Shown piece after piece: positions 1 to 19,994 of a stretch of DNA of 28,000 nucleotides. The stretch is from Flaccisagitta enflata (Eukaryota), in NCBI GenBank assembly GCA_965153355.1, contig OZ231126.1:49972001-50000000 (forward strand). Direction: 5' to 3'. A model generated the notes under the pieces. It was not told where the DNA came from, made no database searches, and saw only the letters and a list, made by a program, of their open reading frames with translations. Both the position numbers and the translations under genes were made by a program. The first letter of the stretch is position 1; every line of letters starts with the position of its first letter.

Positions 1-199
1 GTATTTAGGGCCACATAAGTGGAAACAAGAAAACAAAAATGAGTGATTGATACTCTCTCGTTCAAGATCTTTAGGAATTACAGCACGCCATGACAAGTGG
101 AGTAATTTTTGTCATCTTTTATTAGAGCCCATGAAGGCCTTTACTAAAACTGATACTACTAATTTGGATCATTATTCGCTTGCTAAGCTTGCTAAGCTT

Positions 200-592
200 G
201 CTAAGCATCTGTGGGTCGGTAGGTCCTCGACGCGAAATTGGCAAAAAAATTAATATCTGAGCATTCATGCCCCCGCCCATTCTCATTACAGCCCCCGTCC
301 TGCCACATAATGCCGCTGCTCACTTGAATTACTGCCCCTGCCCACCCGCATGCGTCTACTTTTTTACCGTGTTTCCGGCCTTGTTACCCCATCAGTAACA
401 TGAACTTTAAAGACACTTCTAAACATGTCCGGATACATGGCCAATAAGTAGTCGCTGGCGAGTGAGCAGGAGAGCAGGGGCATTATATGGGGTAGGGTGG
501 GGGCTGTTATGTGGCTGGTCAGGGGCAGTAGTGCGCTAAAATCACTATTTCAGTCAATTTTGCGTTAAGTACGGACACGCCCTATCATAGAT
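200..592. mobile_element. Two degenerate HINE family 1-related copies in opposite orientation (mirrored at ~12820-13210)
   Basis: The plus-strand copy ends accgtgtttccggccttgtt (384). The minus-strand copy begins aacatgtccggatacatggccaataagtagtcgctggcg (422), with ggggcag/ctgcccc repeats. Confidence 0.6.
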
Positions 593-596
593 TTTT

Positions 597-668
<72 letters not shown>

Positions 669-810
669 TCTGAGACTGAGTCTAGATTCCAACGTGAATT
701 CACAATAGGACCCAAAAAAGAGAGACGTTGACGGAGGCAGCCGTTAAACGTTGAAAATGAATAGCTAAGGAGGGGGAAACTCTCGTGCTTTAGTGAAGAG
801 AAGCGGAAAG

Positions 811-927
<117 letters not shown>

Positions 928-1473
928 GGCAGACGAACAGACAGACAGAAAGAGACCGACAGACAGACACAAATAGACAGACAAAGACAGACAGACAGGC
1001 AGACAAACAGATAAAGAGACAGTAACAGAGGGAGAGAGAATGAAGAACACATAGAGAAACAGGGAAGGAGAGAGATAAAGAGACTTACAAAGACACATAC
1101 GCAGACAGATATTGATAGATAGACAAACAGACACACAGATAGAGACAGAGAAAGAGAGAAAGAATCAAAGCACGAAGGAAGGAACCTAGGAAGATGTAAA
1201 AAGGTTACAGCTTAAGTAGGGGAACCAAGAATCTGCGCCAATGTCATCAAAAATAAGAGGAAGGAGAAAACGAAAAAGAAAATGAAGATGGAGAAAAAGA
1301 AAAAGGAAAAGAACAAGAAAAAGAAAAACAGAGGAAAAAAGAAAAAGAAAAGGAAAAGGAAAAGGAAAAGGAAAAGGAAAAGGAAAAGGAAAAGGAAAAG
1401 GAAAAAGAAAAAGAAAAATGAAGGAGAAGAATTGAAAAAAAGACATAAAGAAGGAGGAGAAAGCAGTTAAATC

Positions 1474-1538
1474 ATGGCGACAGGAAACGTCTGACAAAAC
1501 GATAAATGGCGACAGGAAACGTCTGACAAAACGATAAA
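1474..1538. repeat. Perfect 32-bp tandem duplication (ATGGCGACAGGAAACGTCTGACAAAACGATAA x2)
   Basis: Direct observation; mirrored at ~11943-12007. Confidence 0.95.
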
Positions 1539-3113
1539 CTTCTACGAACATCAAATATAGAAATCAAAGAAATACCAAATGAAATGGATTATTCCTGTTT
1601 TCCAAATTCCTACCCACCACAACTAGGCAACAGGTTGCAATACCGCTATGTTGTATTGTATTCGGCGTACGGTTGTTACGCTGAACAAATCGATTAAAGG
1701 CCAGAAAAAAACATAGCATTGTTCCTGACACTTTAAGCAGTTATCTGACTGTTATGTGTCGCATAAGGCTTGCTTTATCCACGTGTACAATAGCGAAAGC
1801 TGATATATCCGCGTCTATATGCACGTATTTTACAGCAAACGAGTACAGCCACGGCCCACAACTAACAAGTAGTCGGTTGTGGTTGGGTAGGAGCAGTCGC
1901 TACTATATCAGTCGATTTCGCGTCATCAAAAAATCGCAGTTCGGACCCACGAACCTGCCTGTGGACGAACAGCCCTACCAATAGACACACCAGTGACTAG
2001 GAGAGTGTGTCGGTGCTCCAGTCATGAGAGTAATTTCTCTGATAAAAGCAATCCGACGCTTTTCAAATGGGACCTCAGAAGAGAAAAAACTAAACAGTGA
2101 AACACAAATTGTGTAAGTCATTGGCGGGTTTCCTTTATACAGGATATAAAAAGATGTCTCTGTTTAGGGACTAACATTTCATATCCGTTATAGGCATTCT
2201 TTTAACTTTCAGATCCGTGATACTTTGCTCTAAAAAAGTTACCACAGGCGAATCGTGGATTCATGCCAGAAAGCTTCGACTTTCTAGAATCAAATAACCT
2301 GGAAAGGTAAAAAACATAATACTCCAACATTTCCCGACCTCAGCCGCTGTTTGCCGCTCTGCGCTCCATTTACTACCTTTAATCGCGTTGATGTTTTTTG
2401 AAGCGTGTATTCAAATGTTTCCTCGCATATGGTGGGTAAGTTGCATGGATGTAGGCGGGCGAAATACTTGGAGCCGTTAAACCCCATTTCAAGTCTGACA
2501 GCCCTGATAAATATTTTTGCTGGTTTGCCATTGAAACAATAAGTTTACACACCTGTTTTGTTATTATGATAATAGTGATTTATTAAACAAATAAACCACT
2601 ATCATATGTTTTTTCTCTGTTCTGTTTTGAACATTTTTTAAGTAAGTCCGACAGGTTTCACAGTCCGACAATAAGGCCTTCACATCTACGGTAGATAGGC
2701 AGGTAGGTTGGTCCTTAATGAAGTTGTTTTTGCTTGGTTTTTATTCCTTCTTTTTCTCTAAACGTGATTTCGAATGTATTTCTTTCATCATACTTTTACT
2801 TGTTCTCTCATGAACTTGTTATCTCTCTCTTTTGAATGGAAACTTAGTTTCCACATACTTGTGATTCACAAGTCGTGAATTGAATTGATATTTGAGCCTA
2901 CACAGAAGGTACGTGTTTTTCTTTAGCATTCAAATATATGTTTTTACATGTTAGATAGCTTCCCGCTTACTGGTGGAGTATCTTTCTTTTGTACGCCAAA
3001 TCGACGCAATATCAAAAGTATCACACTTGTCATTCGTATGAAAATGAATTCAAAATACAAGACTGAAATCGCATCAACAGATGGTTAGAAACTGCTGATG
3101 GAAACCAAACATG

Positions 3114-3309
<196 letters not shown>

Positions 3310-3537
3310 GAAGAAAAAGAAAAAAAAGAAAAGAAAAAGAAAGAGATACTCAAAATGGTCGGTTGCCCTCCGGGTAAAAGACGAAGGAAATATTCGGATG
3401 AAGCGGACGATGAACGTTTAAAAATGACAAATGAAGACAAAAAGGAAGAAAAAAAAATTCCGCCACCTTTTTTTAAGGGGGGGGGAGGGAAAGAGAAGAA
3501 ACAAGATTGTTCAAGAATAAGAAAATGTAAATCTTAC

Positions 3538-6618
<3,081 letters not shown>

Positions 6619-6819
6619 TTTTCCTTGTTTTAATAGTTTTGTTTAGGTATCGTTTCCTGTTTCAAGATTCTCAGAATCTTGACAAGCTTAGATCATCCAT
6701 AAATATTGGCCTCTTTCACATCGCCCTGAAAAAAAAAGTGAATGATATAGGAAATTAATGCAGATCGGCGGCAAAAAAAAAAAAAACGAAAAAAAAACGA
6801 AAAAAAAAAAAACAAAACG

Positions 6820-6821
<2 letters not shown>

Positions 6822-6850
<29 letters not shown>

Positions 6851-6915
6851 CAAAACAAAACAAAACAAAACAAAACAAAACAAAACAAAACAAAACAAAA
6901 CAAAACAAAAACAAA
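6822..6915. repeat. (CAAAA)n pentanucleotide repeat upstream of the TMTC ATG
   Basis: Direct observation. Confidence 1.
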
Positions 6916-7088
6916 AACCGAATGATAAACATCCAAGAGAGCTAAGTGACTTAATGTTAGAATACATAACTCTTAAGTAAATCTTCTCTCCGAGTACTTT
7001 AAACAGTAATTCCAATAAAGATCCCAAAGAGACTTTTAACCAGAATTGCTTCAGTTGTTCGATGCTTTCTTTGTCACAAGCTGAGAGA

Positions 7089-7198
<110 letters not shown>

Positions 7199-7347
7199 GA
7201 GAGACAGAGAGACAGACAGACAGACAGACTCACAGGCTGACAGACACATAGACAGAGGGATGAGTACAGAATGACAAATTATCAGGTGCGGATATGCTGT
7301 TCCAAGATGGGAACTTGGTGACTGAGCATCACACACAAAAAACATGC

Positions 7348-7410
<63 letters not shown>

Positions 7411-7451
7411 AATCATAATCATCATCATCATCATCATCGTCATCGTCATCG

Positions 7452-7512
<61 letters not shown>
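7348..7512. repeat. (CAT)n microsatellite
   Basis: Direct observation. Confidence 1.
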
Positions 7513-7663
7513 GGCCTAAGCAGGAGAGGCAAGATCTCTTGGCGGCCATCCTTGAGGCTACCCTGATCCCTGTTTGGTCCCTTGATTTTTACTAATGGTT
7601 ATTCGTCTGACGATTTGCCTACGAAAAAAGGAGTTTGGGCGCTAAAAACCAAGATGAAGAAAG

Positions 7664-7750
<87 letters not shown>

Positions 7751-8329
7751 GACAGACAGAGACCGAAATAGAGACAGGCAAACTGACAGACGGAGATAAT
7801 GCTTTGCAGACAGAAAGGCAGGCCGATTGACTGGAATGCAGCCATGCGGAGATGGTAAAAAAACGACAATAGCGCACGGAATTTCAGTATCGGAAATAAA
7901 GCGATATATCAAGCTCGCTTGCTTATGTGCGTTGAGAATCTGTTGTGGGATGAAAAAATAAAACTGCCCAGTGAAGTTGGAAATGTACGGTAGCCATGAT
8001 AAACATGACGAGTGACACATCAACATGCACGCGCCGACACGCATATGGAGAGATAGTCAAAGACAGACGAGGAGATCCATTGCAGAGATAGATGTGTTGA
8101 ACCCTTAAGGAGTTTTTTTTCTTCTCAAAAGCCTGGCTCGATGCCAGTGTTGGCGATGGCGATGGAAAGTGTTTCAGGATGAAATGCGATTTTATTTCAA
8201 ACTCGCGCTCGCGATTCAACCAACGTTAATACGTTTACGTCGCCGTCATCGTCAAAGTCGTCGTCATGCTCATCGTTCTTATCACCAACTCCATTTGGTA
8301 TTATCGTCATCATTACTACGGCTGTGATC

Positions 8330-10193
<1,864 letters not shown>

Positions 10194-10302
10194 TGAAGCC
10201 TGGTCACTGCGATAACATTCCCTGTCGCAATGCACTTTCTTACTGACTCATTTGGCTTGTAGCTGTTACACACTCTATCACTTTTTTAGATGCGTCCTAA
10301 AA

Positions 10303-10312
10303 NNNNNNNNNN
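10303..10312. other. Assembly (scaffold) gap, 10 N
   Basis: Ten N characters between contigs. Confidence 1.
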
Positions 10313-13408
<3,096 letters not shown>

Positions 13409-13869
13409 TCTAGCGTTCCATAGCTGAAGAAAAGATATATGGATGACGCTTTCGCGGTCACCCCAAAAGGTCACTGATCCCATTATGCATATTGAATTAG
13501 AGGTTCGTCACTATTGACTTCAGCGGAAAACGAAGCCTTTACCAAGTACAACACCGATGAAGAAAGAAAACGATTCTGCCCTATGCAGTCAGTGCTCAAA
13601 AAAATATTACAAAATAGTCCCAGTCACAGTGTTAAGTCTAAGCATTTAAGATCATCAGTTGCATTGAACAGACAACATCTTCAATGTCTAGATCATATTA
13701 CAGAGCAAAAGAAAGCCACTTGTGAGGGATTTAACAAATCTAGGCTTCTGAGGCAAAATTGTCGGAGAATTAAAATCATCTTGTTGTTACAGTCCTACTA
13801 CCAAAGAAGAACTGCCCAACTTATAGATCAACACCGGATTGGAACTTAATATAAATAAAGAAATTCTAT

Positions 13870-14004
13870 TCAATGAGGCTCTTTTCCATAAAAACAAGTT
13901 CCAGTTTGTTGAGAAATGTAGTCTCTACCATTTTGTTCACAAACCGAGCAAGGACCGAGGTAGAAATAGTAGCACCTGAGGTAGCAGTTTATTAGATTAC
14001 TTCC
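13870..14004 (-). CDS. Candidate terminal Cys-rich exon E (GSNLINCYLRCYYFYLGPCSVCEQNGRDYISQQTGTCFYGKEPH-stop), loosely PAN/apple-like
   Basis: Acceptor ttactcaccattag| (an alternative acceptor ttatcag| lies at 14056), 44 open codons with CxxxC spacing, TGA at 13872-13870. Confidence 0.4.
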   Translation of the reverse strand, partial: GSNLINCYLRCYYFYLGPCSVCEQNGRDYISQQTGTCFYGKEPH

Positions 14005-14199
14005 CTAATGGTGAGTAATTGAGCTTGGTAAAAATGGAAATTCTCGGAAAGGTCGCTGATAAGCGCAAGGGTAGAAGGAAAGAAGAAAAGATTAGGGTAC
14101 ATTGGTACAACAGAGATCGACAAATACAAGTCAAGGTTGCATGAAGGAAACAGTCTACCTTTAAATCCGAAGGACTGATCAATCGATAGATAAAGAATA

Positions 14200-14550
14200 G
14201 AACAAGTAACGCAGTATTACAATATCGTCAACGATTAAGAGGGGGGGGGGGCAGCGATGGAAATGTGCGTTTTTACACTTTTTGAATCAATCATTATGGT
14301 ATATGGATACTATCATTGGATAGCCTAACGGGCCAACGAAACAACGGATCGATGGACAGACGGACAAACCTTCATTTAGTGTCGCGAGTCCGCGAGTCCG
14401 CGAGTCCGCGAGTCCGCGAGTCCGCGAGTCCGCGAATCCGCGAGTTCGCGACTAAATAAGGCCGTATACACTCCCCCTAAGTCCCACGCGCGTGGGCAGG
14501 AGTGGAAAACAGAAATGTGACGGAACGACCGACGGACTAACCAACCGATC
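14200..14550 (-). mobile_element. Two abutting HINE family 1 pieces; the first has a tandemly amplified terminal palindrome
   Basis: Eight (CGCGAGTC)-type units at 14383-14446 end in cgcgacta, immediately followed by aataaggccgtatacac, the 3' end of a second, truncated copy. Confidence 0.7.
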
Positions 14551-14726
14551 GTTATTCTATCCTTGTTCAAAGGAATGTATGACAAGAATAAAAGAAAACA
14601 GACAAGAGAAAAGGTCAAAGTGGGTCGGTTAAAAAAATGAAGTGGGTGGAAATTGAGAGAACCAGGAAAGATGTAAAAACTAAAAAGCATTAGCCAAAGA
14701 GTAGCGAGGAAAGTAGAAGAAAGAGG

Positions 14727-14997
14727 CAGGGGTGTATAAAATTGATCCCCCCTGCCTTTGATTTTTTTTCCCCGCGACGCGTCACGTGGCGTTGTTAAAT
14801 GATTTTCTTCCCCATAAAGCAAAATATCAGTGTAGTTAAATTGTGTTTTAGTAATCAGTTTTTATGATTTGGTACTGCCAAAAGTTTTATTTTCCCAAAT
14901 TTTCTTTTTTTCTCTTTTTTCCCACTTAGATTTCCTTCCCCATCTCCAAACCCTTTGATCCCCCCCTCCCCGTGGGGGTCAATTATATACAGGCCTG
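14727..14997. mobile_element. hAT-type MITE
   Basis: TIRs CAGGGGTGTATAAAATTGATCCCCC / GGGGGTCAATTATATACAGGCCTG; perfect 8-bp TSD GAAAGAGG (14719-14726, 14998-15005). Confidence 0.9.
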
Positions 14998-15121
14998 GAA
15001 AGAGGTGAAGAAGAGAGGAGAAAAAGAGAAGTGAGAGAGATTAGCCAAAGGCAAAGAATAGCGAGTAAAGTAGAAGAAAGAGGAGAGGAAGAGAGAAGAA
15101 AAGTGGGAGAGAAGATCTCAC

Positions 15122-15191
15122 TGAGAGGATTATCCAACAGAGCCTCGGGGGCCATATAAGCGATAAGAACTTCCTCGCTGGGATGAGACCC
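15122..15191 (-). CDS. Candidate 70-nt exon D; frame unresolved (GSHPSEEVLIAYMAPEALLDNPL or GLIPARKFLSLIWPPRLCWIILS)
   Basis: Follows a (TC)n tract with acceptor aacttag| and donor CTCA|GTGAGA; two frames are open. Confidence 0.4.
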
Positions 15192-15203
15192 CTAAGTTTA
15201 TGA

Positions 15204-15313
<110 letters not shown>

Positions 15314-15453
15314 AAAAAAAAGTAGAGAACATGAGGAGAAGAAAAATACTGATAGATAGGAATGAGAGAGGAAAGAAGAAAAATAAGAATATAAAAACTC
15401 GATTTGATAGAGAATAAGGAGTAACTGCCAAGGAGGCAAAAACTACAACTTAC

Positions 15454-15558
15454 TTGCCCCTAAAAATGAGGGGCCGAGTAGGCCAATGGGAACTCCAGGT
15501 GGATCCTCTTTCGCTCTGTTACCGGACGTCCAAACCCATCATTATAAGAAATGTATAT
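15454..15558 (-). pseudogene. Candidate exon C (IYISYNDGFGRPVTERKRIHLEFPLAYSAPHF then in-frame TAG, or HFRGK if one T is removed)
   Basis: Acceptor tgtgtctcttag|, perfect donor CAA|GTAAGT; TAG at 15462-15460 overlaps the end of a T5 run. Confidence 0.5.
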
Positions 15559-15790
15559 CTAAGAGACACATATATCAGATATTCCGTGGACATGACTTCT
15601 TATAGACGTTCAATGGGGGCTTGTAAGATTATGGAAAGAACGAAGGAAAGAAAGAAAGAAAGAGAGAAGGGAGATGGAAAAGTTAAACAAGGAATATGAA
15701 TGATGAACCAAAAAAGAAAAGCCAGATGGGATGATAGCGAAAAAGTGATATGGGAAATGGTGTAATACTCGTAAAAACAAGATTGGTCAC

Positions 15791-15900
15791 TAGAACGTGA
15801 ATCTGCCCGGGCGGGATTGGGTAAAGAACATCAAGAGTAATGGAGAATGTAAATGAGTTCTTGGCCCGCTGATGCCACAGATCAAAAATGGTCGTAGTAC
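15791..15900 (-). pseudogene. Candidate exon B (YYDHFDLWHQRAKNSFTFSITLDVLYPIPPGQIHVL after removing one T from a T5 run)
   Basis: Acceptor ttttttgataag|, donor CTA|GTGACC. It is in frame with exons A and C only if the run at 15884-15888 is one base shorter, so either a real frameshift or a homopolymer error. Confidence 0.45.
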
Positions 15901-15985
15901 CTTATCAAAAAAGCATAACGAGTCACGACCGCAGGAGACGGAAGACGCAGACGTGGATGTGGCAACGAGGATATGAAACAAAGAT

Positions 15986-16176
15986 CAAAGGATACACGGC
16001 AATCCAGTCACGGACGGGTGAGCAGGAGCAGTAATGCAAAAAAAAAAAAAAAAAAGAAAAAAAACGCTGGCAATTTCAAAAAAGATGAACCGACGAACCA
16101 ATGGATGGACGGACCGACCTGATGGACGGATGGACTGACACGGAAAGGTGTAGAGTCGCGCGTCCGCGACTAAAAA
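15986..16176 (-). mobile_element. HINE family 1 copy
   Basis: Same terminal motifs (tagagtcgcgcgtccgcgactaaaaa; gatacacggc...agtcacggacgggtgagcagg) and a degenerate (GACG/GATG)n tract. Confidence 0.75.
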
Positions 16177-16816
16177 CTGTTGATGAGTCTGTAAAATGCA
16201 TAATGATGACTGGTTTTGACAGAAAATGATTGACACTTAAAGAAACTAATTGAATCATGTCTGTTCTCAGTTGTGTGTTCTTAGTTGTCTGTCCTTAGTT
16301 GTCTGTTCTTAGTTGCATTCTGTTCTTAATTGCAGACAAGTGACTTGTTAAGCTTCGGTATTTGTCCATCCATTCAGTCTATCCATTCATCCGTTCAACC
16401 ATCCATCAATCCATTCATTCTTTTGTGAATCTGTTGACATAATCTAGCTAGGTGGATGAATAATGTGGAAAATTAGTATCATTATGATAGTTGATATTAA
16501 GCAGCAACTGTTAGCAGTTATACATTTTAAATGAAGTTAAAGAGGGATACCAAACGATGCAAATTTTTGATCACGATGACTACTTAAAAGAATAAAAGAC
16601 AAATAGGTATGTGACCTTCATGAAGTCTCAACAAAACATGAAAGTACTGCAAAAAAGATGAAAATTCAGTCCATAAACGTATGAATAGAAATAACAAAGT
16701 AAATTGCTTTGGGCTACTTGTCCGTCAGACCGACCATTTGGCCAACAATCCAAACGACTGAAAAAAAAACTTAGTTCCGCGTGCCCAAAGCGGGAATTGG
16801 GTTTTCTTTGGCTCAC

Positions 16817-16952
16817 AAGACTGTGTTCTCTTCGGCGTATGTGAAAAAGAATCCTGGCAGATATACAGGAAGGACAGAGCTCTTTGAGTCAAGGATGAGA
16901 GAAACCAAATGACGGGTACCAAAACCAGCGCCTTGGATGCGGAACGTAACTG
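16817..16952 (-). CDS. Candidate internal exon A of an unrecognised multi-exon gene (VTFRIQGAGFGTRHLVSLILDSKSSVLPVYLPGFFFTYAEENTVL)
   Basis: Polypyrimidine tract plus acceptor tttcctccatcag|, open frame, donor TT|GTGAGC; phase 1 in, phase 2 out; unique non-repetitive sequence. Confidence 0.55.
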
Positions 16953-16964
16953 CTGATGGAGGAA

Positions 16965-17164
<200 letters not shown>

Positions 17165-17206
17165 CAGACAGCGAGATTGTGTGACGAAAGGAAAAGAAAA
17201 AAAAGA

Positions 17207-17240
<34 letters not shown>

Positions 17241-17349
17241 AGAGCCAGACAGATAGACACACAGATACTATCTGAGATAGACAGACAATCAGACAGTGAG
17301 ATTGCGTAAAAAAAAAAGAAAAGAAAAAAAAAAGAGGAAGAAGAAGTTG

Positions 17350-17503
17350 AACAAGGCCGTATACACGGCAGCATTAGTCGCGGACGGGTGGGCAGGAGCG
17401 GAAAACCTTGAAAAGTGACTTTTTTACCGACGGACCGACGGACGGACGGACGGACCGACGGACCGAAAAGTGGCTTATAGAGTCGCGAGTCCGCGACTAA
17501 AAA
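17350..17503 (-). mobile_element. Minimal HINE/DINE-1-like non-autonomous Helentron, family 1
   Basis: On the minus strand: T-run, 5' palindrome AGTCGCGGACTCGCGACT, (GTCC/GTCG)n microsatellite, subterminal inverted copy CCGCGACTA, 3' stem-loop GCCGT-GTAT-ACGGC, then CTTGTT; no TSD. Confidence 0.8.
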
Positions 17504-17754
17504 GAAGAAGAAGAAAAAGAAGAAGATCATGATGATGATTATCATGATGAAGAAGACGGAGGAGAAGAAGGAGAAGAGGAAGTATGACATGATGAAGACT
17601 AGAAAGAGTGAAAAGAAGAAAGAAGGAACAAGTGAAGAAGAAGAAGAAGTATGACATGGTAAAGGCTAGAAAGAACAAGGCCAACACCTATAAGTCGCGT
17701 GCGAGACTTACTTAATTACGTAATCGCCTGATTGTATAAGTACGTTATTTCCTG

Positions 17755-18845
17755 TAATGACAATAATGACTATAACTACCTATTGACCTATAATTGCCTA
17801 TAATGACCTATGATTACCTATAATTACCTATAATTACCCATAATTAAAAAATGACCTATAAGTACCTATAAAGACCTATGATTACCTAGAATTACATATG
17901 GATCAATGATTACCTATAATGATGTATGATTGTACATGAAACCCATAATTACCTAAAATAACATAATGACCTAAAATTACCCATAATGACCTATGATTAC
18001 CTATAATTATCTATAATTACCTACAATTACCCATAATCATATACTGAGCTATAAGTACCTATAAAGACCACCTATAAATCACCTATAAATACATATGGAC
18101 CAATAATTACCTATAATGACCTATTATTACCCATGATTACCTATCATAATTACCTATAATAACATAATGACATAATGACCTATGATTACCTACAATAACC
18201 TATAGTTGCATAATGACCTATAATTACCTATAATGACCTATGATTACCTATAACTACCCATAATTAAATGACCTATAATTACCTTTAATGACCTTTGATT
18301 ACCTACAGTAATCCATAATTTCATAATGACCTATAATTATCTATAATTAACTTTAATGACCTATAATTACCTATAATTACATAATGACCTATAATTACTT
18401 ATAATGATCTATAATAACCTTTAATTACCTAAAATTATCTATAATTACATTTTGGCCTATAATTACCAATAATGACCTATGATTGCATAATGACCTATGA
18501 TGACCTATAGTTAGGTATGATGACCTATGATTACCTATAATTACCTATGAATACCTGTAATTTCCTATAATGACCTATAATTACCTATAATTACTTATAT
18601 TTACCTAATATTATATACTGACCTATAATTACACATAATGACCTACAGTTGCATAACAACCTATAATTACCCTTAATGACCTATAATTACCTATAATTAC
18701 ATAATGACCTATAATAACTTATAATGACCTATGATTACCTATAATGACCTATGATTACCTATAATTGCATAATGACCTATAACGACCTATGATTACCTAT
18801 GATTACCCAAAATTGCATAATGACCTATAATTACCTATAATTATG
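17755..18845. repeat. Degenerate 10-bp minisatellite (ATAATKACCT)n
   Basis: Recurrent ataatgacct / ataattacct units. Confidence 0.95.
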
Positions 18846-18884
18846 TAAATAAAAAGTGCAATGACTATACTACGCAAATTTAAA

Positions 18885-19335
18885 AAATGACTGAAATGAT
18901 ATTAGATGACTTAAATTGACTTAAATTGACTTACACTGACTTATACTGACTTAAATTGACTTAAAATGAGTTAAAATTACTTGAATTTACCTGAAATGAC
19001 TTGAATTTACCTAAAATAGATAAAATTGACTTAAAATGACCTAAATTGACTTAAATAAACTAAAATTCAAAAATGACATAAAATGACTTAAATTGACTTA
19101 TACTGCCTTAAATTGACTTATACTGCCTTAAATTGACTTATACTGAGTTAAACTGACTTAAATTGACTTGAATTTACTTAAAATGACTTAAAATGACCTA
19201 GATTGACTTAAATTGACTGAAATTCAATAATGACTCAAATGACTTAATTTGACTTAAAGTGACTTAAAATGACTTTATATGACTTAAAATGATCTAATTT
19301 GACTCAAAATCACTTAATTGACTTAAAATGACTTG
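18885..19335. repeat. Degenerate 10-bp minisatellite (TTAAAWTGAC)n
   Basis: Recurrent ttaaattgac / ttaaaatgac / ttatactgac units. Confidence 0.95.
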
Positions 19336-19591
19336 ATAAGAATAAAACGAATAAAAAAAAGTAAAGTGTGACCGACCGACCGACCGACCAACCGACCGAC
19401 CGACCAACCGACCGACGGACAAAGCGGGGTGTAGAGTCGCGTGCACGCGACTAAAAAAAAAGGAAGAAGGAACGAGTGCGAAAGCCAGAAAGATGAGATT
19501 TAGAAGCATCATTTCACCGCGGTTTAATGAATTTTTACGATGGACGTAAACACAGTTGAGACGCAAAGCTCACTCTGTCTCTCTCTGTCTT

Positions 19592-19796
<205 letters not shown>

Positions 19797-19994
19797 CTCT
19801 TATGACAGCGTGCCCACTACATTGGTGAGAGCCCCTGGAATTGCCGTTTTTACCCATTGTGGGCAGTGCATATTGTGAAGTTACCCAAAACAAGTCAAAT
19901 AAGCCCATGAATGAGTTTGAATTCAATTGGTAACCTTTTGCAGGGTGCGTATCTAGGGTCAAAATGAGCTTTTTTGGCCTTTTCTTTTGTGCTC

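Larger units (their letters stand above)
17674..19460 (-). mobile_element. HINE family 1 copy expanded by two internal 10-bp satellite arrays
   Basis: Ends aacaaggcc...aagtcgcgtgcgagactt and (GACC)n...gtagagtcgcgtgcacgcgactaaaaaaaa enclose the arrays at ~17755-18845 and ~18885-19335. Confidence 0.8.

Noticed and set aside
477..505. Potential G-quadruplex (four G-runs)
   Set aside because: It lies inside a degenerate transposon fragment and nothing indicates function.
1754..2487. Small ORFs present twice in the window (76 aa and 65 aa)
   Set aside because: They recur only because of the inverted duplication; no recognisable motifs or splice support.
3511..3537. C-terminal VRFTFSYS-stop of the 1035-aa ORF as the true protein end
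   Set aside because: It begins with a consensus GTAAGA donor exactly where TMTC homology should continue, so it is intronic read-through.
13514..13849. 111-aa plus-strand ORF
   Set aside because: Non-ATG start, no recognisable domain, and it lies in the likely 3' flank of the candidate minus-strand gene.
15122..15191. AYMAPEAL resembles a protein-kinase activation-segment motif
   Set aside because: There is no preceding GT, and no HRD, DFG or DxWS motif in neighbouring candidate exons. The exon's frame is unresolved, so chance is the likelier explanation.
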